Source: Amoebophrya sp. A120 (lineage: Eukaryota; Protista; Dinoflagellata). From it: DNA of 64,000 bases. Under the pieces are notes generated by a model. The model saw nothing but the letters and a program-made list of their open reading frames with translations. It made no database searches and had not been told where the DNA came from. The stretch is taken from NCBI GenBank assembly GCA_905178155.1, contig CAJINV010000017.1, positions 1,108,722-1,172,721 of the forward strand. Direction: 5' to 3'. Shown here one piece after another: positions 1-13,700 of the stretch (positions are counted from its first letter, which is position 1; each line of letters starts with the position of its first letter). A program made the position numbers and the translations under genes.

Positions 1-138
1 CGAGTGCGGTTTGAGGGCAGCAAGCGGGAGCGATGTGACTGACAGTATTTCATAAATAGTACATGTTTGCTTTTGATCCTGTTGTACTCCTGATTTTCTG
101 TGTCACAAGTTGAAAGAAGGTGAAAAATAAGCATCACA

Positions 139-1199
139 ATGAGGCGCCGCCTTTGGGAGCTTTGCGCTCTCTTCTGCGGCGCGATCTTGACGACGACGAC
201 CAGCCATGCTTTCATGCTTGCGCCTTTTGTTCACGATAAAGCGGATGGCAAAGGAGAGGTCTCAGCGCCGCACGAACAGCAAATCGACCGCAGTTTGTCA
301 CCTGTAGTTGTTGTACCAGCTTCATCCACTCAGAAACAAAAGCAGCACCAGGATCATGCTGCTCCTCCTTCTTTTATCCAGATCGAGGCAAAAGTAGAAC
401 AACATCAAGGCTTTCCTTCGTGCAAAAGCGACTGTCGAAAGTGCGAGCAACTGGTCAAAGAACTGACGACTGCGAAGAACGGGGAAAAATGCGCGCAGTG
501 CTCCACCTGCATGAAGAGCGGCGCCGCGCGGTCGCACGGACCGCCCGCCTGCGGACAGGAGTGCGGCAAGTGCGGAACCAGTGGGGAAAGACTGCTCGCC
601 TCCTGCCAGCCGTGCCACGACTGCAAGGTCGCGGGCCGGCCGGTAGTGGTGGCGGAGTTGGAGAAGTGAAATCGGAAGAACAAGCGACAGACAGTGCTAG
701 CAGAGGATTCCTCGTCATGGAATCATGCAAATGCAAAATCAAAACAGCATATTTACAATGGCAAGCTCATCTCAATTTCATCCTGATCGGAATTATCGAC
801 GATCCGAATTCTGTCAGATCAAGCTCGTCAACATCATCCAGCATGTGACTTCTCCTCACAACAAAACAAACAAAAACAGTGCTCACCAAGACCCTGTTGA
901 ATTGCCCGTTGTGTGCCGACAAAGAGCCTTGCTTCGTCGATTGCAAAGCCAGTGGAGCCGGGTGGGACAAGTGTCTGCAACGGTGTTTGGGTGACAACCC
1001 CATGATGCTCGACATGTTTTCCCACATGACCGAGAAACTGCAGGCAAGAAAGCAGGCGATGGTGGGCACCACGACGGGTGGTCAGGCCGAAGCGTCAAAA
1101 CACGATTTTTCCGCCACAACTGCTGCCGCTGGCGGGATGAAGAAAAAGCCTTTGATTTTGGAGGGAAAACCTCTGAAGTCGTTCGGACGGGAGCTGTGA
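139..1199 (+). CDS. Putative secreted cysteine-rich protein (probably 3 exons)
   Basis: Hydrophobic N-terminus (MRRRLWELCALFCGAILTTTTSHA) and CxxC-rich ORF 139-669. A probable middle exon (SEFCQIKLVNIIQH, ~800-845) would join the Cys-rich ORF 879-1199. Junctions not fully resolved. Confidence 0.5.
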
Positions 1200-1785
1200 G
1201 CAGGGCGGAAGGATTGCTGAGCGAAATTGTCTGATATTTTTTTCCATCTGATAAAGAACAAAAACTTTTTTCCACCTGCTTGCGTAGGTAAGTAAGTACT
1301 TCTACCCCCATCGGGAGCGGGCCACTTCTACTGTAGCCCGGTATAGCAGCACTGTGCTTTACCAAAGCGCGGAGGAGTCAACACTCTGACCGTCGTGCTT
1401 ATCTCCGAGGAGCTGTGTTCTCTCACTTTTGTGACGCTGTAAGGCAAAGTCAAGAACCCTTTTTTTTTGAATGCCATTCTTCGAGGAGTTTTTTGGTACC
1501 ACTAGCAGAACAAATTATTATCATCTTCCACCAACGAACGATATATGATAAGTCTTGTTAAGTAGAAGTTCTCTTTTTCTGTCGTATTGGTGTTTCTGTT
1601 TGTTTCTGTGTTATCGTGGTTTTCTTCCAGCGCAGGAAACAGCCACTATCTAAGCGTTGGGGTGATTGTGAAAAGAAAGCAATTTCTCATAATTTAATTT
1701 CATAAATAACAAATTGCTTGTCTTCGATGATATTTTCTAGGAACACGCGACCAAGTAGCAAGATTTCTCACGACCCATAAGCAGA

Positions 1786-3468
1786 ATGGCGGCCGTGGCG
1801 CCAGAAGGCGTCCTCAGCCGCGTCATCGCGGCGGCGGGCCAGGGAGCGGTGGGCGCGATGGTGGGCGCAATCTTGTCGGCGTTAAGTGAGCCAATCGTAA
1901 ACAGGGTGCTGGTGAAGAGAATACCCCTGCAGCAGGCAATGGAGGAAGTGACTTTCGAAGTCATTGCAAAGTTCTTCCAGGTATAGCAAAAATGATTCCT
2001 CCAGGAACCGTGTGAGTGTGTGTGCCGTGTATTTCGTTTTCTTCATATTTGGAGTTGTGCCGTCTCACTTTCATGCACAGGAGCCGTCTCACTCAAAAGC
2101 GGCTGTTTGGGTAGTTGGTCTGCATGGATGTTCCTAGTAAAAATGATTTTTAAAAATCCGCATGCGCAATTGCAAGAAGAATCGCCCTGAAGAATCGCAT
2201 AATGAACATTTTTCCAGACCACCTTACCGACGAACTTCGTGAAGTTTCCGTTTTTCGAGGCGGTGAACGTAATTATGTCGATGATAGACGTGAGTCCGGC
2301 GTTTCGAGGGACCGTCACGGGAGCGGTTTTTACCACTGCAACCTTGCCAATCACAAACTACCGCTACAGGAAGTCCATGGGCCTGCCAACAGAGCTGTCA
2401 GGCCTGTATCAAGCGTATGTGCCAACGGTATAGCATAGTACTCTGGGCTAATATTTTGTTTTGCTTTTGTTTTTTACCTTATTTGATGCGGCCGGTGGAG
2501 CGTCAACATCACCGCGACACTCACGACCTGGTACTTCTTGTCGCTGTCCGGGGTGTAAAAAACACGACCCTCAGTCGTACTCTGTGATGCACAAGGACAA
2601 CATCAAAACGTGTGTACATGGTAAGTTAACAATAGCAGACCAACAATATCACTCAAATTCTATCAGGTTCTCCGCGACATTATGTACGGCATCGTCCGAA
2701 ATAACGTCACCACCATGCTGCTGTCCCGCAACCCGGAATTTGCAAAAACCAACGGCGGGCGATTTTTTAACATGTTCGTCACGGTATTCTCCGCTTGCGT
2801 GCTGTCTGCACCCGGAAACGAATACAGAGGTATGTTCCTTCAGGGAAATTTTTTTCGTGTTGTGGGGGCAAGTTCTTCTTTATCTACTTACTTACTTTAC
2901 TAAATGTGAACGCCATTGGATGAAATGAGTAGTCGCGCATAATATGTCTATGTCTATCACGCAAAAAAAAAACGACCACGCGAAAGAACCGAACTATCAG
3001 GCTACTGCCTTCAGCCCAAGGGAAAGGAGAAGCCGTTCCGGGAATTTTTCCAGCCTGTGAATTTTGCCCGCAGTACGATAATCGGATCCTGCATCATGTC
3101 AACAGCGCTGGCTTGCGGGGCATTGGTGACGCCACAGGTATAGATACACCTACATCGCACGATCCTGCTTCGAGCTTTTTTCTAGGAATGCTGAGCTGAC
3201 GCGTTTGGGTTTCTTGTGGTGCAAGAAAGCTAATAGAAAGCGCACTGTGTGGCTGATGTTGCTCTTCTCATGGACTAGCGGCAACACAGCGGCAGCTGGC
3301 GGCCGGGCTCAACCTATTTACAATAAATTCTAGGTCACCGCCGTGGTCGACCGGTTGAAGGCCTATTTGGACGCCAATCCGCTGGCCTACTGCATAATAG
3401 CGCTCTACATGGCCCACCGCGCGCTGGAAAAGTACGAGAAAAAACAGGACGGGAAAGCGACGAAATAA
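1786..3468 (+). CDS. Mitochondrial carrier (SLC25)-like membrane protein, 5 exons
   Basis: Exons 1786-1980, 2218-2427, 2667-2829, 3001-3137 and 3334-3468 join in frame across four GT-AG introns. Repeated hydrophobic helices end in degenerate carrier-like P motifs (EPIVNR, LPITNYR, APGNEYR). Confidence 0.65.
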
Positions 3469-4702
3469 GAGACGCGACCCTTGGTACAGTAGGGACTTTT
3501 CCTGAAAACGGCAATGACTATCACTCGCATGGCAGATGTACAACTAGTAATTTTTGAAGGAAATACAAAGGATGTATATGATTTAATAGTTAGAACAAAT
3601 AGCCGTAGCGCAGCGTCAATTTTGAAAATTCATTTTCCCATGTCGCCACGACAAAGTATTGACGGCGAGACATGTGTGTAGGTGTATTTGATAGATAGGC
3701 GAACTACGTGTCCTTTGATAACAACAACGAAGAAATAGAAACAAGCTCAAGTAAGTAAATCATTTTCCATTGGAGCGCATCTCCATCTGTCGCCATGGTG
3801 TGGCGGCGCAAGAACTTCCGCATCGCTCCCATGCAAAACAAACGAGAAATGGAGCAACGATTTTGATTGTAAGGAAAAATCAAAGTAGCTGCAAAACCGA
3901 GGCGCAGAAGAAACAACAGGGATCTTCGTAAAAGCGAACGGATTTATTTTGCCTGTGGGGTGGAGGCGGTGGGTTTGCCCAACAGGAGTTGAGTCACCTC
4001 TTACGTCACAAATACCGATGCGAGTTTTTTTTTTCTGCGGGAAGGAGAGACGAGGAGTGCTGTCTCAAAAAGAGGTCGTCGAGCACGACGACAATGAAGA
4101 GAAAAGAGCCAGTGCATGGATGAAGATGAGAGAAGAAGTACGGAAGGGCTATCAATAGGCCCAATTTATTTGTTTCCTTGTCACCAGTGTCATCAGGTTT
4201 TTTTTTTTGCTGCTCCTTGTTCGTTCTTCAAGCGCGCACCTTTTTTTCCAATCTCCAGGTCGGAGCAGAGAGAACGAAAAGAGCCAGAATCAGAAAAGAT
4301 GAGATGCAGTAAGAATCTGCTCATCAAATACTTCGTCGAGGAAGCTGCATCATGAATGGAATGACGTTCTTTCCATTTTGACGAAAAGGAAAATATGAAA
4401 TTCCGGTAGTTAAGCTGGGTCAGAACAAACGGCATCATGCCTGATGGCTTGTTGTAATCAATATCAGATTACTTGAACAAGCAGAAGCAACAAGGAAGGA
4501 CCAAGAACGGAGAAAAGCGATCTGCCCTGCCTGCTAGGCAGCAAGTTACGTCTGGACCCAGCAGCTTCTAAGCAAGCCTGCGGAGACACGACGACACACA
4601 TAAAGCAGCTGATACTGCACCGCGCTCGTCCGTCTGTTTTTGCGAGAAACGAAAAAAACCGCTTTTGCAGGAGGAAAACCCACTGCTAGCGTGAACAAGA
4701 AG

Positions 4703-7700
4703 ATGATGCTGCGGAGGACACCAGTCTGCTTCAAGGCAGCCGCACTGCTCCTCGAGTTGTCATGTTCCGTATTTATCCCGTTCTTGCTAACGAGCGTGTC
4801 CGCCCAGGATGAGGCGGCGGACCTTGCCCACGGCAAGGGCTTTCAGGATGCGCAGCAGGTTCCCCGGGAACCAATGGTTTTCATCTGCAGCGACTGCCAC
4901 CCGTGTTTGTACCCAGACACGACCACCTATCATGTGGAAACCGCACATGACTGCGAGCAGGCGTGCTACTTCAGCAGCTCCTGCCGCTACACGGCCTACA
5001 ATCCCCGGGAACAGGAGTGCAATCAGTACACAACGTGTAAGGTGGACAAAACCGGCGATCTAGAGTACACAAGGATGCACAAGAGGGACCCAGGTTTTGG
5101 TTTCATCTTGAGTTCTTGGGAACTGTCATGCATCTTCACGAAGCTCAGCCAAACTCGGTTTTTACGTTGCTCCGTCAACTTTTTTTTCTGCTGCATATTA
5201 CAGCGCTACTAGTAGTAGTTCTTCATCTTCCTACATTCATAGACGTGCCTCTACGTCTCCCTCTACTGCTCCGCGTGAACTACAACAAAAAACGCACTTT
5301 TGCGTTCTACTTCTCATTCAGGTGTTCTCTCCGACCTGTATCTGTCCTCGTCCTGCTCCCTCGAGCCGGCGTTCCAGCCCATGGTGCAAAACTACAAGGC
5401 CGGGTGCCCCTCCACGGCGGTGGGCGCTGCGACGTTTAAGTCGAAGAACGACCTCTGGGTCAACGACGAGCAGATTTTCCGGTCTTCCAAGGGGTACGCA
5501 ACGGTACCGGCCGAGCTCTACCACGACACGCCCACCGTGCTGAGCATTCAGACCCTGATGGACATCGAGATGACCGAGGACGACGTCGTTTCCTGCAGCG
5601 AACACCACCACTGCCAAGGTTCGGATAATTACTCGCTTTTTTTTGTCATGCAAGTTTTTGCACAGCAGACGCGGCGCGATGCAGGAGCACCAGATCCAGA
5701 TGCTTGTGCGTTCCCGGCTCGAGCTCCTTCATCAGGATGAGAAGTCTATTTTTTATTTTTTGAGCAGCTGTTGCTGCAGCAGTTGTAGCTCGTACCAAAG
5801 GATGAAATGTTCCAAAAACGTCGAAACCCAAACTTCTATCACAGCCGGTTTCTGGAACCCGAACCAGAAATGCGCTGGCGGCTTCTGCCGGACCATTGCG
5901 CACACCTACACGGTAGCCTTTCAGGACACGTCTGTCGCCGACTACGACCAGGCCACCACAGACCGGTCGTACGGCGCGCTGTCTCGGGAAACCATCATGA
6001 TCAAGCCGCCGGATGCCGCGGATGTCATTGCGGACTACGCCCAAGTCATGCAGGACTACGCGGGCACGGACTACGAAAAGGAAGTGCTGGCCACGGTCCA
6101 CAACAACAAACCGCTGCAGCCGGTTTGTCAGCACTGCAACAAGATCTGCGACTACGGGTCGGACTACGAGTGGTTTTTGCGGTCCGAGGGAGCGCTGCCG
6201 CGGTTCCAGTGCATCGAGTCCTGCTACAAGGACCGGAAGTGCGTGGCGGTGAACATCAACGAAGAGGAGGGGATTTGCGATTTATTCAAAACTTGTCACG
6301 AAAAGGACATGCTGATGCTTTCCCACACCGACGCTGGCGAGTTGCTGAAGATGGAGAAGCACCCGGTCTCGGGGGAGCACAAGGTCATGATTGGGGGTGT
6401 GGAAGTGAAGAAACGGAGCTTGGAGGGGAAGGAGGAAGACGAGGAGGAGAAAGGTAAGTACTAAAGCATCAATATAGATCTGTTGTTTTATTTCTGTCGA
6501 TTGTTGTGCTAGATCATGAAGCGCAGACTTATACTGGAGACCGCGACGTCATAATTGATAATTGCAGCGTGGTCCTCTACCTTTTTGCGTCATATTGCAG
6601 CTTTCAACAGAAGAGCTGCTTCTGCTACGTGCTACACTTTTTCCAAACCCAAGGTAAAAAACCGTCCTCAAAGGAAGATGCCCAAGAGCACCAACAAGAA
6701 AAAGACGACAAAGACGACGATGATAAGAAGAAAGAATCAGACAAGCCGAAAATCCTTCCCGGCCAGAAGATCAAGAATCCGGAGACTGGGAAAACAGAGG
6801 TTCTGAAGGTTCCGGAGGAGTTTAAGATCTCGCCCGGAGTCTTAACCCAGTTCATGGTATTCCGGCGGCCCGAGTTGAACTCGCCGCATTATGTCGCGCC
6901 GGACAAACATTTACTGGACTTTGGCGGCACAGAGTACGGCACCGTTGATCTCGTGGGGCAGTCCGCCGCGCAGGACTGTGTCCTGAACGCGCACGCCGGA
7001 AGCGGCATGTCGAAAAAGGAGAAGAAGTAGGACTACTAACTTTTCATTGATGATGACGGCCTGTAGTGATTTTGCTTTAGGATTTCTTGAAGAACTTGAC
7101 TGTTGTTGTTCCCAAAGAAGAATATCTTTTGTCCTGGTCATGCTACGAACACAGCACGTCAATGCTAATATTAGAAAATCCGAATCCCTACCTCCCACAT
7201 CAACAAGGTACGTCCGTCTGACCTGCACCCAGGACACGCACACGGTTTCCGTTTACATCACCGGTCGCGGGATCGTGCCGTCCAATTTTGAGTGTGGGAA
7301 ACCGCTGTGCGGGAAGCGGAACCAGACGGAGTGCGCGCAGGAGAACTACGGGGAGGGAGTGACCACCATGGTGAACGCCATGGCGTCGGTGGACGAATTG
7401 GGGACCATGCGCGACACGGTGGAGTTGGCGAACGACTTCAGCTCGCGGCACAAGAAGTCAATCATGTTCAACTGCCAGTCCGAGAATTTCGACAAAACGA
7501 AAAAGTTCGAACTCGCGGTCGATATCGAATTCGCGGAGCACACGGATTTTGGCCTCATCATGAAGGAGAACCTCCGAACGGAGAACGACAACGCGAACGA
7601 GGTGTTCAAGGTCGGCTACGCGCCACGGTGCAGGTTCCCAGACCTGCGCGCGCTGTTCTACGACTACACCGCGTCCAAATCCGAGTGCGAACAGATACCG

Positions 7701-10700
7701 AAGGACTGGGACGCCAGTAAGGAGACGCAGGTCCGGTTCATTTGTCCGCTGAAGGAAACCTCCTACGTCGGCTTCAACGCGGTGGTGGAGGACGCGTCCG
7801 CGAAACTGGTTTTCAACAACAAGTTGCTGCGGAATTTAAAGTCCATCACGGCCACCGACGGTACCCACGGCGGGACGGACTTCGGCGGGGTGGACTTTTA
7901 CTACCCGATCACGAACTTGGAGATAAAGTCCGACAACCCCGATGGCGTGCAGTCGTGGAAATTGGACACCTTCTGCGAGGAAAAGTCGCGGTCGTACGAT
8001 TTCATCCTCCAAAACGGCTGGATGATGACACCGGTGGTGACGGACTTGAAAGTTTCCACGGGCGACAACTGCATTATTATGCATTGCAAAAGTATCGCGC
8101 TCGTAGTAATCGCAACCACGTTCATGACGCACCATGACAAATTTAATGCTCGTACGTGATTCAGCATGACAGATTTTTGCGTTTTTGTTGTTGAGAAAAT
8201 TTTTTGTATATGCGATTTAAGTACAAGTAGCACGAGACTTTTGCAATGCATAATGATGAAGCCGAAGAAGTTTCAGCTGAACGTGACAGAGTACCTGATC
8301 GAGTGCCCCCAGTCCACGGAGTACATCGGAATTACCCCGATGCTGAAAGATATCGGGACCCGGATGCTGGTCAACGACGACCTGTTCCCCGCCAACGAGG
8401 AAATCGATATGGCATTCTCAAACGTTACATTCTCAACTGTTACATGGATTTGTCATGCAAAGCTACCTGCTGAAGCCGCCAGTCGGAGATAATCAAGCAT
8501 CTACGCATGACAAATTCCCGGAGTGCTAAACAGCATGCAAATCTGTAATGCAAAAGGAACAATCTTCCCCCTTTCGCTTTTGCCGTTCTTGCATTACAAA
8601 TTCATGCAACAGTTGAGAATGTAACATTTGAGAGCTCCATAATCGAGCCCGTGCACTTGGAGGCCGGCGACGAGCACGTGTGGGACATCACGTTTCTGCC
8701 CCCGATGTATGCATGTTGCAAAAGTATTTCGGACTCGTAGTTGTACTTGCAATCATGCATGACAAATTCATTTCCATCATAGCCATAGGCATAGGCAAAT
8801 CAACATAAACAAATTTCACTTTTCAGAAAAGTGAAATTTGTTTATGCTGATTTGCCTATGGCTTTCGCTTTCAATTTGCTCAACAAGAAAATTTCTTGTT
8901 GAACAAATTGAAATTTGTAAATGCAACTTTATAGAACCAGCACGACTACGATACTTTTGCAATGCATACGATCGACCCGGACACGAAACAGGCGGTCTAC
9001 GGCTACAACGCCGACTCGAAAATCCACATCAAGGTCACCGGCGTCCGGTTCGCTATGGGAATGTCAGGATTGTTTGAAATCGTCAAAGTTGAAACTATAG
9101 TTTGTCATGCATAAAATCGACACCACTTGGAAGCCCAATTTCCAAGCAGCGCATGACAAATTTTGGCACCGTCCAAATCCAGTTTATCATGCTGTTTAGG
9201 GACAGAAGGCGTCTCCTGTCATGCTACTTTAGCAGCTCTATCGCAGACCCCAAACAGGCTGACCGTCGGCCTCACTTGCCATCCCTGCAAGAGAGGCACT
9301 ATATTCATTCCTTGCAATTTATGCATGAGAAATGATTTCAACTCTGTCGATTTCAATCCTGACGCTTCCATATTCGCGCCCTGGGGGTTGGGCCAGGCCG
9401 CGACGGAGATGATCGCGTCCATCTGTTCCGCCGCGGGTCTGGGTCTGGCGGTCGTGTCCGCGAGCAACTTCATGGGGGTGGCGAAGTTTCTGCAGTTTCT
9501 CGGCATTCTGGTCGCGGTCCACGGCACACCGGACGCGTTTAAAACGTTCTGCGCGTCCTTTTCCAAGGTGAATCTGCAGTTCAACCACCTGGACGACTAC
9601 ATCAAACTGCCGCACTTTGACATCAAAAAGTACATCCCCTTCGACATCAAGAAGTTTCAGAAGATGGCCGCGCAGGCCGCGGGCCTCCCGTTTCGCGCGC
9701 TGAAGGTGCTGCAGAAGCACGCCGAGACCGCGGTGCTGAAAGCGCATCTGCACGTCGCCGGTCCAGATGAGAAACTGAGCAAGAAACAACAGTCCATCGC
9801 TGATATGACAGTGCGCAAGAACTCCCCCTCGTTCTCATTTCTCATGCAAAGCCCCAGATCCAGTTGCTTCCACCTTGTTATCACTATTATGATATGTATG
9901 ACAGATTCCGGAAGCTGCGTAAAAATAAAAAAGCTAAACAGTCGTGCTACACTAGCCGCATGAAAAAGTTGTCATCCGTAGCCTCCACGTGATGTGCTGG
10001 TGTTTGTATTGCTGTTCATGCTATACAGATGAGGGAGGTAGTTGTGACCGGTCATAGCTGACGCGGCCAAGCGCGAAGCGGAGCAGATCGCGGCGATCCG
10101 GAAAAAGTACCGGAAACAGTACATCAAGTTCAAGCAGAACTTCGCCAAGCTGAAAAAATCTTTTTCCGAAAACAAGGGAACCCTGTTCAACTTGTTCCTG
10201 ATCCCGATGATGCTTTCCGGCCTCATGGTTTTCTACGTCGTGCGCTACGTGTTGCGGCTGACCCTGCCCGAGGGGTTCATGGGGTACGACTGGGACCAAG
10301 CACGGAACGAGCAGATGAAGCCCAACTTCATTCTGCTCTTCATCTGCGATTTGGGCTTGATCGGTTTCGTCAAGGCTGCCTCGAAGATCTATTGCGAGGG
10401 CAGCACGATCGAACTGTACCTGCCGGATGCGCACGAGCACTGGGGGTTCTGGAAACCGCCACGAGACTTGATGAACCACGTCTGTTTAACCCTGTTCTTC
10501 CTCTACCCGGTCGCGTTTCTCTACTTCACCGCACGCGAACTCGCGAAAAACCAGCGGCAGGTGATCTACAACAAGGCACTCAAAGGGTACGCCGACAAGG
10601 AAGGCTGTTTGGAAATCCGGGCGTCGCAGAACGCGCCGTTCCCCATACCGGTGCTGGGGCAACTGGCGTCCAAGGTGAACTTCGCGATGAGCACGAACAT

Positions 10701-13700
10701 CAAGTCCGTGTCGCCAATTTTGTGGGCCAAAAACACCAAGGGAGAGTACATCTACGACAAGACGAAAAAGACCCACTGGGTGTTAGGCCTCGGGACGATG
10801 CTCGAGGGAAAAGTGAAGCTGAACACGTTGGAACTTGCGCAATCTACAGACACCGCCCGCGGCGGCACGCACAAATCCGACGTGTACTACCAGTGGGACC
10901 AGATCAAGGTCGGCAAAGTCGAGGACAGCGAGAAAACCCCGCTGAAGGAGGGAGACGTGCTTTTGAAAATTGGCAGCAGAGACGACTTTGAGATGGACAA
11001 AACCGGGTACGAATTGACCGACAAAAACGGGCGGAAAATTATCCGGATGCGGGAAATTCCCTACATCTCGCTGTCCGCTCTGGAGGACGAGTTGTCGGAC
11101 CGCTGTTGGGTAGAGGTGAGGCGAAATGGAGAAATCAAAAAGTTCCAAATGCCCCCTGCGAAACTCACGACCGGATTTGACGTGTGTACCGGGAAGGTGA
11201 CCGGGGTCTGCAAGGGCGCCGCGAAGGGCGGGGGCGGTTTGTCGGCGCTCGCTGGGTTGACCACGACGGAGGAGCCTCTGTCCGCGACCTCGCAGCTGAA
11301 GTTGAACTTCATGCACAGCTCAATGGACAGCAGTAGCGAAGTGGTCACGACCAACGTGGATCGCGATTACGAGGTGCGGGTGTTCGTCGGGAGCATGACC
11401 GACGGGTTCAGTTTTAAATCCAAAATGATTCCCACAAAGGCAGGCGATGAGTCGTTGGACAAGAAAAAATCGGTGCGACGGTCCGACTCCGCGCCTTTCG
11501 GGTCCCTGGATCCCTCGAATTTGATGATGTCGCACGCGACCGACTCCATCAGTTGGAAGCCGGCGAGCGAAGGGAACCAGTTGCAGGTGACGGAGCCGGC
11601 CTCGATGGGCGCCGAATGGAAAGAGCTTCCCGATACCAATTTGGGCTATTACAAGTACAGTCTCAAGACGGGCGGGAAGTCTTTACGAACGGATATCATC
11701 ATGGAGTACAAAATGGTCAAACCCAGGGAGAGCGGAGACGACCTGATGAGCCAACTGGCGGACGTATTTATTGGCATTTAGATGGAGCAGGACCAGGAGC
11801 TAATGCTTGTTAGAACTTGCGTATGCAGAAAATATGTATGGCTTTTGCTGCTAGTCCTCGTGCTATCGTATTCTTGTTGCGATCTTAAACTGAGTCTGGT
11901 AGTGTGTAGTCGACGAGGCAAGAACACATGAAACATGACATGTTGAATTTAACTACATCAGGCCAAAGGCATGTGCTGTGGCGCGGAGGGCGTTGCCGGC
12001 GATAGCTCCAAGGGCCCGGAGTTCGACGTGGACGATGCAAAATTCTTATCACACAGAAAAAAGCTGGCAGGGCACATTTGTAGCGCAAGAATAAACGCAC
12101 AAAAAAAACCTGTATTGCATATCGGAAACAGCATGCTATGGGGCCACCCATGACAAATTTTTGTGTGTGTTTATTTTTGCCTTACAAATCTGACCTGCCA
12201 GCTTTTTTCTGTGGGATAATTCTACCAGCGAATTTACTCCGAGGAAGCCAAGTACGACGCCCACACGTGTTTGACCGGCATGGGCATCGGGAAACAGCCC
12301 TTGAAGCCGCAGTTCGACCGGGCCATCACGGGGGAGCAGGTGCAGGAGGAAACTGATAGCAAGGACGTGGTATGCATTGCAAAAGTATCGTATTCGTATA
12401 AATGCAATACAAATTTCTGCAGCATGAGAAATAAAATTTGTAATGCAGATTTAGCTTAAGAAAGGGATTTGTAATGCATGATTGCAATACGAGTACGATA
12501 CTTTTGCACAGGATACGTGGAAAATGTGGACAACCCCTGGTTCCGCGACCTATCAAGTGCAAAAATGTTTGGGTCTGAGAGAGCATGAGCACAACTTTGT
12601 CATGCACATTTTCCATGATCCATGCTTTCTGTGACGTATGCCAAAGCATCACAGATTTTTTGAGCGCTTATCTATGCGCAGCCAGCATGACAAATACCCT
12701 CTCCGCGTAGCCGAATTTGAATCCTCTTGCACAGGTTTTTTTAGCATCCAAATGCAGCATCACAAGACCCAGACATTTTTGAATTTGATACGACCCCACC
12801 TACGACACAAAGTACTGCCGACGAATCCTCCAGCTGCCCATTCCGGAGAAGCTCGCACTGGAAAACGCGGACGGCGAAAAGGTGCTGGCTAACTTGAACC
12901 ACATCAACAAAATCGTTTTGCGCGGGATGGGCAGCTGCTCGCGGGGGCAGTCCGAGGTGTTCTTGGTGCTGCGGCAGGCGAGCCGGTCCCTGAAGTTGGA
13001 CTTCTCCGTGGTGGGCTCGAGTTACTACGCGCGGTCCGTTCTGGCGAAACTGAAGGAGAACCCGACGCCCGGGCAGCAGGCCATGGAGCGCACGGTGACC
13101 GGGTTGTGCAACGCGATGTGGGAGAAGACGAAGGAGCTGGGCGGCCAGCCGATCACGGACCAGTTTGTGTCCATCGAGAAGTGGAAGGTGGTGCCGGGCA
13201 ATCCGTTTGCGGAGGCGAGACTACAGGTTTCCGTGGATGTGGACCTGGACAAATCCGGTTTTGTAGAACAAGGAACGGAGGACGGATACGATTTGAAAAC
13301 CAAGGAGTTGGTGGACCACTGCGCCAAGGCGTTCCAAGACAACGGCAAAGGGTTTCTCACCCTGTTTCTCCGCGATCTCGCCGAGTTGATGGGCTCCGCC
13401 ATGACGCAGGAGGAAAATACCGCGTTTGCGACCATCACAGAGACCTTCATCCCGACAAAGGGGAAGCCGGCGGCGAAGTGCTACCTGGATTCGATCAAGG
13501 AAAAGTCGAAACTGGGAACGTTGAAGAAAAAGCTCACGCAGATCAAGTTCGAGGACGATTTTGATCACCCGTGTCTGAACCAGGCGGTGGGGAAAGACAC
13601 GTTGGAAGTGTGGATCTGCGGACCCTGCTACAACGGCGTGGAAGCGAACTTCAAGGTCGCTACGGCGTCCATAACGTGCGAGAAGGACGCGGCGAGGACA